DNA of 64,000 bases from Phoronis australis (GCA_002633005.1 NMRA01000483.1:113964-177963), one strand, 5' to 3'; counted from the first letter of the stretch, positions 25,255 to 39,098 are shown. Notes: generated from the sequence alone by a model not told the origin. Translations and numbers: made by a program.

Positions 25255-27636
25255 GTAAGTGAGGTTTTGTGTATGTGGCAACTGTTACTAGATTGATTTG
25301 AATACTCAAAACAATCGCTGAAAGCTGTCATGAACCCGCCCTCCATAAAAACTAATATTTGATTTAGATTACTATATAAAACTGGAGTCTCGACTTGTTC
25401 CTTACTCAGATTAGAAGCGATTTGTGGGTTTTGGAAGTTATTGCTATGTAAGAAACATGCAGCGACCAGGCTGTGTTCCTTGTATGCTAATAGCATTATC
25501 AAGCCATTTAGCATACACTTATTGCAAGAAACCTTCACTTCTGGAACTGAAATTAAATAGTGAATTGCCAGATGTTGTTTTTCCAGCCACGTAAGATAAA
25601 TTTGTTTTGTTTTGATGGGACAGGCTTAAATCGCTAGACACATTGGCTTGGTCCACTAACACATTAGGGAGAACACATATTTGTACAAGTTACATGTTTT
25701 TACTTTTGACATATGTTTGAAGAATTTCTTGAAGATAGTTCCAGTTAACAAGGCCAGATTTTAATTTGATTACTACGCCTGTGTCCAGAATAAAGAGAAA
25801 GGTCCTTTTTATACAACAGTCTTCAAACTGTGGATTCTGAATAATGTAAGAAAATTCTGAAAGTAATTGTTAAATCTTGTTACCCAAAACAGATGTGACA
25901 TTGGAGAGTTGTTTGTTCTCTATTTTATTTATTATATTGCTGTTTTAGTCAGGAGCATGAGTTCATGTCTCAAATTTTGGACATTTTATGAAATGTGTTC
26001 AAAAACATTGCTGGTAGTCATACTATAAAGGATCAATGCTTACCATTACGCTATGGCTGCTGGCATCAACCACTCTGTTTTCCCACACAAACATCTTGAA
26101 TTCATTACTCAATAATAAGTGATCAAGACTTTAGTCTACTCATTTAATCCATTAACCTGCTACTTTGCCATGGGAACTGATTTTCACCAATATTTAAACA
26201 ATTCAGGACAGAGTGGATTTGGTGCTGTGTTGTTACTGTCCACAGCTGCTGAAGCGAACTCTAACCAGACGAGTTTATCTGATTTGGTCACAGCTCTCTC
26301 TTGTGAACAAAATCGACAAAGGTTCCCTATTCTGTATCACACGGTGCACTTAAGACAAGATTGTGCAACCATTTACGGCCAAAGTTGACCCTTGTCTTTT
26401 GTAACAGAACTTTAAGGTGTTAGCAATATTTTTCTTGAAATTAAAATCATGCTTATTGTATACATCAAAGATTAAATTTCTTATCTCTAGTGTGGCTGTT
26501 TAGCACCAACTGTATACCAGATTTAAACCACAAAACAAGTGTTATCTTATTATGGAAGCCAATAATCATCTTGGTTACTTTTGATTGACTGATACCTGGA
26601 ACATATGTTGTATCTTAGAGAACACACTTTTTAAACCAATTACATCATTCGTACCTTGAATTCCAGAACTATTGAACATTTTGTTGGTGTAATGTTTTGC
26701 AGCACTTTACTGACTTAGTTAAGTTTGCCTTGCTTGTCACCCAAGCAAGAGTCTGTGCATTATGAAAGTTTGGCTGCACCTATTGTCAAATGCGCATGAA
26801 AATTTTAGGGTATGTGTTTATTGCATGCCAAATCACATACCTAGGTCATGTTCAGAAACAAACAACATTTTTGAGAAGATTTCCTTGTTTTGGTTGGTGG
26901 AGTTTGCTCAAGATATCTTCTGATGAAGCAGTGGTGTTTTTTGAAATGAAAATATGCAATTCTCAAAAACAACAGGTTCCATCTGACTGTGTTCTCATTT
27001 AAAAACTTGATGTCTTCTTTACTTAAGCGCAAGATTCAAAGTTCCAAGCTGTAACGCACAAAATGTGATTTGAGTTCAAGCTCAGGAGTAAAATCAAACA
27101 TTGGACACAAGAATTATGGATTATTTTAGTGTGTACAAACTCATATTTCAAATAAAATGAATGACAAAATGTGATTAAGACAATTACCAGGACATCAGAG
27201 ACTATCTATAGTGCCTGGAAATTTGATGGGATTGCCTAAACAGTTCAGTTTATTCCAGTATGGTTTGCTCAGAAGTTTCTTGCATAAGCTTAACTGTCTT
27301 AACGCGACAGTGTCATAGGGGAACTAATGAAAATTGCATCAAATGAGCATGACCCAATACAAAAATAAAAAACATTTTTATTCGTTCTTAGTTTAATAAA
27401 TTAGTATGTGAAACTCCAACACTACAGTTGAGCACTGCACTGTTGTACCTTAGCATGCAAATCCTTTAAATCCTCACCCAAGACACCAGTGAACTGCTGG
27501 TGATATGGAACGCTGTCCCCAATTCCATTATCATCATCTAGCAACAGTGCACATTTCATTATGTGACTACTAATCATGAAGTTGAAAGCACTGTCTTGTC
27601 TGTTGGTTGTACTACGCTCATTTTTGTTGATTTCAG

Positions 27637-27798
27637 GAATCAAGGAAGCGAGATCGAATCACAGGTATAGATACCGTTCAATATGAGCTACAGAGCCAAA
27701 GAAGTATAAGAATAGATGGTGCTCCAGCCAAGATGGTCAATGTGAGATTGTTCTGCGATCTGTCAGACACTCCCTGGTGTGTTCACCCTTCAAAGTGA
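27637..27798 (+). CDS. B4GALT7: B4GALT7 last coding exon
   Basis: ESRKRDRITGIDTVQY...DGAPAKMVNVRLFCDLSDTPWCVHPSK*; C-terminal C-x5-TPWC. Total CDS 945 nt, 314 aa. Confidence 0.93.
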   Translation, partial: ESRKRDRITGIDTVQYELQSQRSIRIDGAPAKMVNVRLFCDLSDTPWCVHPSK

Positions 27799-29294
27799 CT
27801 CCTGGGCATGTGATTCTGCAGGTTTTGGAAATTTGTGACTTAAGTGTCCAAAAACTAGAAGTTTAGACTAGTGCACAAAATAAAAGCATTCACATTTTGG
27901 CTACACTCTGCCAAAAATCATGCTAAGTGGGTTTCAGTTAAACTTCCATTTCCAATAGAAATTGGATTATTCCTGAACTACCAGGGTAGTAATGAAAATG
28001 CAAAACGAATGGGTGCTAGTGATTTTGTTAGTGGTAATAAAAGCTGACAATTGTCTGAATTTATAAATTCAGAATCGTTCACCAATGCTATTCAAGAACT
28101 CCCAGCAAATGTGATTTACAGCAGCTGCATAGTGCAAAGCAAATTGGAAGTTCAAACTGTTCCCACCTACGTTCAACTTGTTAGTTCAATACACTTAAGG
28201 TTGCTGCTACTTGCTGCTGACTGATCTACAGTTTGGGTGTTTCTTATGACATACACACACGCGCACACACTAGTGCCTGGGTGACAATATATGCCGAGTG
28301 CAACAATATACGCGGTCAACATCAAAACATTGCACCCACGCATCAGTATGTCGGGTGTGAGATGTGCTACGACAGACTTGCATTGACAATACATGTCACA
28401 ACACTCGTATATTTACGCCTCCCATCTATGTTGATTAGGTAGTTTGCTTACCAGGGATTTTGGTACACACGTGAATCCAAAGTCGCCGGAATGTCCAGGA
28501 AATTGTAAAAAAACCCCAAAACAAGACTGTAGAATGTCAAATGGGGAAAAATATGGTAGGTGATGGTGATGATGAGAGGGTGACAATATGTCACAACAGG
28601 GTTTAACCTTCTTTTAGTAAGTGACTTCTATGACTTGGTTTTATTTTTATTTGTGAATAGTGCTGCTACAGATTTACAATGCCTCACATTTGAGTTATCA
28701 GTTGCTGCTTTGATGAGTCCTGGAGGAACGAGAAAACCTCCATCATGAAAACTGTAGATCTGACTGTCCATGGGTGCATTTCATAGGTGCAAGAAACTCG
28801 CCTAAAACTTAAACCACAGCGTGTTGAATTATGGTGCAGAATTAAGTGTTTCCATTCTATAAGAGAAGATTCGTTGCTGAAAGTGCCTTGTAAGTGTCCT
28901 GTATCTATGGAACACAGCCCAGGCTACACACTAAAACGATGGTGTGATGACTTTTCTTTGTAATGAAGCAGTTTAATCATCTCAATTACCCTGCAAAAAC
29001 AGTTTGTTGGGTAAAAATTCCTTGGGACACAATATGGTGGACAGGTAAAATTTCAGCTTGTCAAATTCATAGTAAAATCAATCAAAACCAATTTTCTGGA
29101 AAATTCACTTTAAATTAATTACTTCTATCATGGTTTGTGTGGTGTAGGTATTCTTTGCAGGACTTTTACTGGATGAGAATGAGCTGTCCTACAACATCTC
29201 TTGTGCTTTTTATTGCCCATCTTTCCAGAGATTATTATTTTACATTAATTTTATTTAATTTTTTTAAATTCATGTTTCTGTAATATGATGTCAT

Positions 29295-29311
29295 AATAAA
29301 TGACCTTTATT
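29295..29311. terminator. Candidate back-to-back polyadenylation signals for B4GALT7 (+) and HTT (-)
   Basis: AATAAA at 29295-29300 (+) and TTTATT at 29306-29311 (AATAAA on -), between the two convergent stop codons. Confidence 0.4.
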
Positions 29312-30392
29312 TCACTTATAATATATATTACATATATACAGTCTCCTTTTACTCTGGAAATGGAGCTTGCGACGCACGTACCATTTTTGGGACATACGTC
29401 AAACATAAACAACTCTGGGCTGTTGTGTAGAAAGTGACGTGCTTAAAATCACCATTTACTCTGCTTTGACAAGTGATAACATTGTCAGCGTAAAAAAACA
29501 TCCTGTTCAGGGCACTGCATATCACAATTGTGAATTACATAAACATTATCCCTAAAAATGAGAAAATAGAAGAAAAGCGACTTCAGTTGAAAGTTTCTTA
29601 GCTCCATGGACGCAAGTAGTATGAATGAACCCAGCACTAGTGTGTTGTGTCCACCAACAGGCAAGTTTCCTGTACAAATGTGGCATATTCACGCTTGGGA
29701 AATAGAAGAGCCACAGCACCCTTAAACACTAAGTTGTCACAGCGGCACCACAAATGCAACGGTTCCACATTCCTTGTTTTTACATAAAACATTGAGAAAA
29801 TGAGCAGCAATATCCAAGAACTCCACACAATGGAAGATAACCAGAGCTGTGATTGGTTGTCCCGATTTTAGGTACTAGTATGTATTGACCAATAAATGCT
29901 CAAGATCTGCTAATTAACATACGAGATGGACGTGTTTGTGGGTGCTCTGATGTGACAGTTGATTGACTGGTGTCTTTTTTTGGTGTTTTTGATAATGAAA
30001 CTGGTGATTTTATGCTTTTTGATGCTACCAACATAATAGACCAATCACATTGAATTGTGAATCAGCTGTGGAAATTAAGGTAGGGGAAGTGTCACCATGG
30101 AGTTCTTGGCATGATGTTGGCCAAGCCATTGCAGGTTCCAGTGCACCAAGAAACAGAAGTGTAATTGACAAAAGCCTTTAGATTGCCCAGATGTTTTAGT
30201 ACAGTTGTGTGTATGATCCTGATGGAACAACAAATTAATAAAACTAAAAGGATTATTGTATAATGGACAATAATGGACTCTGCGCATGTGTTTTACAGGA
30301 ATTGTTATGGGAACTTATTGACAACAACCCGTTTACAAATATGAAAAAAAGAATTCTTTAAAACTTTAGGAGCAATAACATGTTGAATAATT

Positions 30393-31095
30393 TGATGACC
30401 TCTGCACTAACTGACCCTATCCAGTGCATTACAAGCCCTTTTACTTGAATTATTCCACAGTCCATGAAAATTGTCATTAATGCTGGAAACCACAGTTGTC
30501 TATCTGCTGTCATATCAGAAAAATGCAACTAAAGACCCCATGGTTGCACCAAATGACCTGAATCTTTAGAATTCAAACTCAATTGCATTTTCTAAACAGA
30601 TTTGTAAATGTGAAGTGCCTAGCCCAAAATTTTAGTTTGCACTTATTTACCTTTGACCTATTTTTTCTGATTGGATGGCCCTGTTGCTAAGTGAAGTAGG
30701 GTATTTGATTGGCATTTAGGTTTACACAACTGTGCTGAAATTGAAAAGAATTCATTAAAAAATGTAGGAGAAATAACCTTTTGAAAAGTAGATGACCTTT
30801 GCGCCAATTGATCTTATCCAGTGCATTACATGCCCTTTTAGAAAACTATTACAAAGTCCGTGAACATTGTCATTAATGCTGAGAACCACAGTTCTCTAAC
30901 TGCTGTTATATGATCAGAAATGCTTGTTGAATAAAAAGTTCAAAATTTGAGAAGAAAAATGCACTTAATGACCCCCATGGTTGCACCAAATGACCTGAAT
31001 CTTTGGACTTGGAACTCAATCACGTGTTCCAGTCAGATATAAGAATTTCAAGTGTCTAGCTCAAAATTTTACTTTGCACCCAATGACCTTTGACA
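30393..31095. repeat. Diverged tandem duplication, ~270-300 bp unit, ~400-bp period
   Basis: gatgacct..tatccagtgcattaca..attgtcattaatgctg..ccccatggttgcaccaaatgacctgaatcttt occurs at ~30393 and ~30790. Confidence 0.8.
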
Positions 31096-31169
31096 TGTTT
31101 GGATGACCCGATTACTTAGAAAAGTAAATTTTTAAATTGTCTTTTTGACTTACATTTGTGCACCATACG

Positions 31170-31454
31170 ACAAGAGCAACATGGAGAATTGAAATGCGCC
31201 CACGAATGCACCGCAAACCATGTGTTATTATTTATTTGTATCATAAAAATGGCCACTAGATGGCGCAAAACATCCAATCCATCTGGAAATGGAACGTGTC
31301 ATCGCTTCTTTAATAGAAAGCTATTTAGTCATGTCCATCATCAGCGGGCACCTCTGACAGCAGATCTCTTCACATGATAGCATTCTTCACACATGTTGGT
31401 AAATTTTTCGGCAGTTAACAGACATGTTGATTTTTCTTTCAGTGAACTTGAAAA
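31170..31454 (+). mobile_element. 5' end of a Helentron/HINE-like repeat
   Basis: ACAAGAG start; ATGCGCCCAC (31194-31203) is the reverse complement of the hairpin arm at 35011-35020; shares aaaatggccactagrtggcgc with 34500-34830. Confidence 0.5.
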
Positions 31455-34222
31455 NNNNNNNNNNNNNNNNNNNNNNNNNNNNNNNNNNNNNNNNNNNNNN
31501 NNNNNNNNNNNNNNNNNNNNNNNNNNNNNNNNNNNNNNNNNNNNNNNNNNNNNNNNNNNNNNNNNNNGAGGTCAAGATAGCCAAATTTGACTGGCATTTG
31601 GAGATGCCCCACCAACACATCGGTATAAAATATGAACAATAGGCTTCTTCTTGAGATATTGTAACAACATTTTCCCAGTTAAATGCCTTCATGGTTAAAT
31701 TTCTTGTTGTGACCTGATGTCCAGGATGCCAAAAGCAATTATTATGGCACCTGGAGATCCTCACCTACACATCTGTGTACCATGCCAACCCTACACACCT
31801 AAAGCTTTCTTTTTGAGATATGCCAATAGCCCTTGGAGTCTGGTGATAATATAATGACACCTGGTTGTTGATTGGTCTGTCAATGATGTGGCCAACTCTA
31901 CAGAACAAAAGATCAGTACATTGACTTGTTGGTGTATCATTCTCTAGTAAATTATGAAATGCCTGTACCAGTATGCTAGTTTTAAAAGCCTTAACTTGTG
32001 GCATAATCCACTGGCAGAAGGAACACCTGTGTTCAGAACTGCTGACTTTTTCATTCCAACACTTTGTTTTGGTTACAGCACTTATTGTTCATCTATTTTT
32101 GTGTTCTCATGAAGGTTATCCATGAAGGTTATCCAAAAATGAAACAACATGCCTTTGAGCAGCACTTGAAGAAATACTATTCTCAAGAAATTACCGAAAA
32201 CGATAGTAACTTAAAGGAGAATTTGAATATATTGAAATACACGGACAAACTGGACCTTAACTTAGTATGGTAAGAAAACTGACCAAATGACCTTGTTTTA
32301 GTAATCTACACCAAACTCAAATGCTCAAACAAGACAATGACTGCGAAAGCAAAACCTTTAAAGTGAGAACAAAAAACTTATTAAGGCTTTTTGTATCAGA
32401 AAAGTGGTCACCTCCTGAACAGAGACAAGGAATGCCATCATTACTCATCTTGTCTACGACACTAGGAGCATGCACACGTTTTGACCTCTTGTGTCTGACC
32501 CCAGCCATCAACACATCATCTGTCATGCCGAGGAAGTTTAGCTGTTAATATAAACAACACTTGAGAACATTGACAACACGAGAATATTCTCCCAACCCAG
32601 ACTAGACTCAGACACGTAAATTTAACCAATCACCTGAATCGAGAACAAAATGTGCACGTTTTCTCGGAGCGTGCTATGCCATTGGTCAATGTTGGAGTAC
32701 AGAGATTAGACCCCGAACCCTGACAAAGTCTTATTGCTAAAAAGTATATAAAAACAAGTTCATGTTCAAGTACCGACACATGACACCTCTCTGTGAAAGG
32801 TGCCATATTAACTCTAAATAACATGCTGTAAAGAATTCACTACTTGCACAAATTCGCTATTATGCTTGTTTGGAACAAGTGCGCTTTCACATTTACATTG
32901 AATTTTACAAATTGATGAAATGAGGCATTGCGTCCTGAACAAGAATACACAAAAATTATTTTTGCAGTGCCACCAAAGTGCACAAGTAGTGAATACGCAT
33001 CAGATTACAGGCAAAAAAAACAGAATTATAAGAAAGGCTTTGTTGATCTCATGATTGGATTACTTTGTGATAACAAAGAATTTAACGATGAACACTTTTA
33101 ACAGTAAAGATTTTATCATAGCTGTACTTTGGTGTCCATACTAGATGAATATTACAGTACTTTCAAGCAGTAACAACAATACACACTGCTAAAACTGCTG
33201 ACTATAAAAAATATACTAATTCGTGTTTCAACAACAGGCCCCTGCCCAGCACTTCAATTTGAATTGCTTATTCATTATATACAAACACCAAGAGAAATAG
33301 AGCCCATTATGTACTACCAAACCATAAGTCCATGACATCTAGGTTACATAAAACAGACCATTAGATAAATTTAAATAATACATGAAAAGAAATTAATGCA
33401 GTGTTGCTCTTAGGCAACACGGCATCTAAAAGAATGAAATGCAATATTGGTGTATCTATTCAGAGTATTCTCTTGCTCTAAACACTACATTCAATGTCCC
33501 TAGCAGTGGATCCAAAGACGCTTTGAGTTAGGGGTGCCCTAGGTTGGCTAAAAATAATGTTGACCAAAGGCTTCAGGTCACGCCATCTATTCAATGTCCC
33601 CTATGTGAACCTCCCGGTACACTGACATAGGAAACACAGTGACAACTAACATCGATGATGAATTTTTACACTTACAAGTTTCTTTTATGAAATTGGGGTG
33701 ATCATGGCAATTTTGAACCAGTCTAAATTCAGCAATGGTCCCTTTAATACTATCTTCAAGTAGCTCTTATTGCACTGTTACACAACCTTTAAGTCATCAA
33801 TAGGTTCTAGATAGGTCAAGTTCAAGATCTAAACTTCAAACCAAGCAAATAGGCAGAAGTGAATCTTGCCGTTAATCAACCATTATACAAAGTAATACAT
33901 TATCCACAATGATGCCATCCATGAGTAATTACCAGAAAAAATGCTAACTCGATGTATTAAAGAATCTGGGGTTCGTTTAAAGAAAAGTGACTTGAGCCTT
34001 AAGACAAAAATTTGGTCTTACGCTACACACAGCTATTTCTGAAAAATAAAGCAAACCTCCCCTGAGCAAAAGCACAGACTGAGAGCGTTTACACAACTGC
34101 TAGTAAGTTCAATAAATTATTTCTAGACTGTGATGTGCTCAATACTTGTCTAAACCTTGAACCAGTGTGAAGTGGAAGCATATTTCTGTTGTTATGAAAT
34201 GGACCCCAGGTGGCATTGTTCA

Positions 34223-34324
34223 TCAAGAATCTGCAATGAGTTGAAGAAGTTGCGCATATGGGCTGGCTTGCACTGGTGACACAGACTGAAAAGTAGATAC
34301 AAATATCCGTCGTTGATTGGCATC
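34223..34324 (-). CDS. HTT: HTT terminal exon, 3' part (5' part inside gap 34325-34496)
   Basis: DANQRRIFVSTFQSVSPVQASPYAQLLQLIADS*, similar to the vertebrate C-terminus [23 protein letters not shown]. Confidence 0.8.
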   Translation of the reverse strand, partial: DANQRRIFVSTFQSVSPVQASPYAQLLQLIADS

Positions 34325-34496
34325 NNNNNNNNNNNNNNNNNNNNNNNNNNNNNNNNNNNNNNNNNNNNNNNNNNNNNNNNNNNNNNNNNNNNNNNNNNNN
34401 NNNNNNNNNNNNNNNNNNNNNNNNNNNNNNNNNNNNNNNNNNNNNNNNNNNNNNNNNNNNNNNNNNNNNNNNNNNNNNNNNNNNNNNNNNNNNNNN

Positions 34497-35025
34497 AAAA
34501 CTGCCACTAGGAGGCGCCACAGTAGTCGAAATCGTCGGAAAATCATCGTCAACCGTCCTCTACATAGTAAGCACATACATGCCAATTTTCACAATCATCC
34601 TTTGAGCGGTTTGGTTGATAGAGGGGTGGAAGCACAAAAACAGACTCGAAAACAGTAAAAATGGCCACTAGGTGGCGCAAACTATGTCGAATCCATCCGA
34701 AAACGGCAGGATAGCGTCATCTCACTACTAGGTGCCTACATACCAAATTTCATGAAAATCCGTTCAGGACTTTTGAAGATACAAAGGTAAGCGTAAAAAA
34801 CTAAAATTGCCACTAGGGGGCACACCGGTAGTCGGATCCATCCGAAAGTTCGCACATGCCGTCCCATTCATGAATGGAACATATGTGCCAAATTTCATGA
34901 ATGTATGTCAAAGGGTTTTGGAGATAGAGCAGCGGACGCCGGACGGACGCCGCCCGGACGGACGGATGGCCGGACAGAGATGACGGCATAATGCGTCCAC
35001 ATATAAATATGTGGGCGCATAAAAA
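34497..35025 (+). mobile_element. Helentron/HINE-like repeat in the last HTT intron: ~150-bp internal units, GGAC microsatellite, 3' hairpin
   Basis: Three units containing ccactagg.ggc; ccaaatttcatgaa motifs; ggacggac run at ~34933-34975; hairpin ATGCGTCCACATAT-AA-ATATGTGGGCGCAT (34991-35020) followed by AAAAA. Confidence 0.6.
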
Positions 35026-35717
35026 GGATAGATTTGGCAATTGTTTTGTCTGAAATTGGAAAGACTTTAGCTTAAGTTCATGTAAATTTTGAGAAAGCCA
35101 CCAGTAGTTAGCTCGTTAATGTTGGTTAAATATGGCCCCAAAAATGGCATTATTTTCCATGCAATTTTTTGTGGTGACTGCTTTCCAAGCAAATGATCAG
35201 AAGTAGACGACTATAACAGCTTTGTCAGAGAAATGTAATTCCAGCATCCAAGATTCTTAGACAGTAGTCATTTGAATTTTTGACGTGTTATTTCAGTTGA
35301 TGCCTAAGCAGTGATTGCACAAATTGATTTCACATTCAAAGTCACCAGGATGCTTCATTGTGGTTAACCGACAGTTACTTCAAGTTATTAAAAATGATTA
35401 AAGTAAAACTTTCAAATGTGAGGTCTTCAGTGGTACGTTCTATAAAGCCAGTGGTATCATATGTCTAGTTTTCATAAGTGAGGATTCAATAACCGTTCCA
35501 ATTTCCTGAGATAAAAAGGATGATTGTGATAGTTTACCCTTGAGGAACCCCTCACTGCTGGGTCATAATCAGGTAATCAGTGTAATGATCCAAGGAGTGT
35601 AGGTCAAGTCAACCTAAATCCGAAAATCTATCAAAACACATTATGAACATCAATGAAAATAATGGGGAAGGCAAGCTTCAAAAATGTTCACCACAAGAAA
35701 AGTTACATTTAACTGTT

Positions 35718-35726
35718 CAAGGATAC
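35718..35726 (-). other. U12-type (minor spliceosome) 5' splice site of the last HTT intron
   Basis: Exon ends ..gct ct|GTATCCTTG; U12 consensus is RTATCCTTT. Confidence 0.85.
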
Positions 35727-35887
35727 AGAGCTCTGAGCCATGGGTTGGACGACGAGCACGTAAAAAAGCACGTGAGACTCCAGACTGCCATTGAGAGCGG
35801 TGTGCGCTGGGTAAAGTTTGATAAAGACAGCATGACCCAGTGACGGACGACAGCATGCAGGTCACGAGTCATCAGCCAGTCAAACAC
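35727..35887 (-). CDS. HTT: HTT exon
   Basis: VFDWLM...VVRHWVMLSLSNFTQRTPLSMAVWSLTCFF..SSNPWLRA. Confidence 0.95.
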
Positions 35888-36720
35888 CTGTGGGCAATCA
35901 GCGAATAATCGAATCATTCATTTTTACAAGAATCAGTTGGAATCGAGGTTCTAGCTCATCAGTTAGATTTTTGAAAAAAATGTTATATGTCATGGACACC
36001 GACATATGTGTCAATGTTGACAGCATTATATTGTCGCAATTGGCATATATTGTAGCCCAAGTGACAATAAGCATCGAGTAAGACAATAGATCTCATAACA
36101 AAATCATTTGAATTTGAAGTTCCGACAAAGCAAAAATGCTTTTCACTCAACAAAAAAAACACAAATTAATTATAAAGTATCTGTTGTTTTAAGGCAAGAT
36201 TTTTGATTCCTCAGTCCATGGGATTCAGAAGCTATATACTTTTTATGTCCACAATGGACAATTAAGTTGTTTGATGAAAATTAAAATTAATGTAATTAGA
36301 CCCTATGAAGGCCGACCATTACTTTCAACAGAATACCTGACATAAATTGACAATCAATGACTGTGAGACACTTAAAGGACTTTTTCACTTGTTTAGCTGT
36401 CGGTGTTGAATTCTTGATTGAAGCGCTTTAAGGTTTCATATCCAATCCTGAATTGCTGCCAAATGAGCCTACAACTCAAGTCACAGCCACGCACAATTTT
36501 GCAGTTCCAAATTTCAGTAGGGTTTATATAGCCAACCCCAGTGAACAGTTCTGAAGCTTTTTCTTGAGTATCTGATGCCGATTTTAATTGTTCTTGATGG
36601 TAACGTGATCCCCTATTACGGAAAGAAATACTAAATGATACTGATTCTATGAGCTTAAGTGACATAATTCACTAATAATTTCCTTTTAGCAGTTTGAAAT
36701 TTTATCATCATCAGTCTCAC

Positions 36721-36883
36721 CTCAAACAGAACGTTGGCCATTAACTGAGGATGCGGCTGTTGATTGGACAGGAATTCACCAATAACTTTGTTCATGATGT
36801 CCTGGGATGGGAAGAAGTCTGCTAAGAATGAGGGCAGTATGCGTGTCAACAGATCTGCTTCGCACGGGAAACCTTTTCGAATT
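36721..36883 (-). CDS. HTT: HTT exon
   Basis: [49 protein letters not shown], near-identical to vertebrate HTT. Confidence 0.97.
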
Positions 36884-37052
36884 CTGAAACATTAAGAGCT
36901 CATTACCAGTGTGACATCACAGAGGCAAAATTAATATAGAAATTGGACCTTCATCAAGTTGCTTTGGAATTTTTATCTTACACTCTCTGTATAAGGGCAG
37001 GCTGAAATTGTGAGATAAATTTGTGCTTGTGCAAATGAGAATCATAACTCAC

Positions 37053-37185
37053 CTATCGAACAAAATTGTTACTCTCTCCATGGCAACAATGAGTGACTCA
37101 GTATCCTGGGACCACGTCTCCGCCAAGTTCAATGACAGCTCGCTACCATCAGAAAGGTCAGGGCTATACGCACCTTCTTCTTTTC
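37053..37185 (-). CDS. HTT: HTT exon
   Basis: GKEE...DTESLIVAMERVTILFDR; GTGAGT donor. Confidence 0.95.
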
Positions 37186-38070
37186 CTGAATGGTGAACAA
37201 AATTAGTCAGATGACAATGCAGCTCCTCATTCAAATTTCATAATAAATTCTTTTTTCTAAGATCACTCAGATAACAGAAGTCAAGTCACCCCATCATGTT
37301 GCTCAGTTACATAACAGAGAATGGGACATATCAACAAAACGCACAATAGTTGCTTCGCTAATATATTTCTCTTCTCTTCTCTTGCAAACTGGGGTTTGCT
37401 CTTCAATCACAGTTTGATTTTCAAATCTGACTTTATTTTCAATCTGCAGTTTCATAACGGTCAAGAAAGAATGTTGCCCCAAAGAGGCAGAGGTTATGGA
37501 TAACAAACATCTCTGTTCCCTAAAACCCAAACAAGAGAAGCCCCCCACAAAAGTTCAGGAAATGGCTGTGCTCAATGGCTCAAACAGTAGAAATCAAAAT
37601 TGACATAGTTGATTGTTTGAAAATGACATGTAGAGCATAATGTATTAGGCTGGCTGAGCACAACAGAAGGAGTGGATCTACCGTTTTACTGTGTGTCTTT
37701 GATACTTGAATGTTTCCATTATGGCTTTTTACTTAATGTATAATGTGATTTGTTATCAATAACTGAATAATACTGTGCTGATCAAGGTTATAGCCTGTTT
37801 GGATTTTAAGCCAAAAAATACTCGCCCCAAATTTTCACCTACAAGAGCCCAAACTTATACGATTGAGATTTAATTGAAAGTGCCGTTTGTATGTACGTTT
37901 CAGGTAAATTTAAGCTTCTAAAACACCTGAGACTAAGCTATGTTTGACCAAGTTTCAGGGTTGATGATGGAATTATTTGGTCTATTTTTATGGTGCTATT
38001 TTACCACGTGACCTATACATACATCACATCCAAAATTATATTACAACCAAAGATGAAAAACTCCACATAC

Positions 38071-38138
38071 CAACATACATACAGGTGAGCATTAGGGCCA
38101 GTGCTGGCATCGCCCTCTGTGGACACGACATGGATAGC
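38071..38138 (-). CDS. HTT: HTT exon
   Basis: LSMSCPQRAMPALALMLTCMYVG; phases fit both neighbours; not in the ORF track. Confidence 0.92.
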
Positions 38139-39098
38139 CTGTAACAATTTATGCAAATAATTAGTACAATGTTCTAGGGTACGTGTGGAACACCCATTTG
38201 ATTATGAATTTATTTTCTGGTTCACTGGTTGGCTCTAATAAGCCTGATGGTGGTGCAGTTGAAAAAGCCCAAATTAGTCTGTTGGCAAACAACTCCATTT
38301 TCAGTGACAGTCATGTTTGGAAGGAATAATTGAAAACAGTATGGATAAGTATCTGAAAATTCTCAGCATTTTATTCTTCTGGACCAGTAATTATTGCCAA
38401 GATACTTGGTCATTAAACCAAAGTTTGTTAATTCAATTGTCAAACATAGTCCTGTTTATTGTGATAAGCCTACAAAAATCATCTAAAGACTTAATAATGG
38501 GAGATGACAGCGGATCACATGGAGAATAAAAAATATCCACAGGTTTGTAGCACTACATAATGACACAAGAGCAATGCAGGCTTGAAAAATGCCTACAGCT
38601 GCACCGCAAGCAGTATGCTTTGAGGGGTGCACAGATCAGCTATAGGTCAAGTGGACCACAAGGCCTCAAATTTCTGTGCCAATTTAGAGAACCTAAAGGT
38701 CGCCTTAGCATTTGACTTAAGTTTACTTTTGCGATTGGAATTTTTAAGGCGCCACATTTTCAAGTGTGTGCTTTTTCTACTACCTCAGTCTGTACGTTGT
38801 GCACCAACTGCATTTCAATTTAACCAAAAAACGTAAACATATAGTTGAATCCGTACACAATGTGCAGCCAGACCCTAAATCCCGAACAGTGTTGTTTGTC
38901 ATTAAGTTTTGATCAGCTGCTCTCCATTGTCATAGTGTTAGAATCTGCATGCAATGTTATAGCTCAAGATAAAAATGCATGGCACACAATATTCATGCAC
39001 TGTTGGCTTCGAGTCAAGCAATCATAGTGTGCCAATGAATATTTTTAAGCGACAAATAACACCATAACCATCCATAAAACTATCACTGGGGTGTTTAA

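Noticed and set aside
28708-28742. TTGATGAGTCC-tgga-GGAACGAGAAAAC as a hammerhead
   Set aside because: Core C is missing, there is an insertion before GAAA and no stem I/III; at most a dead relic.
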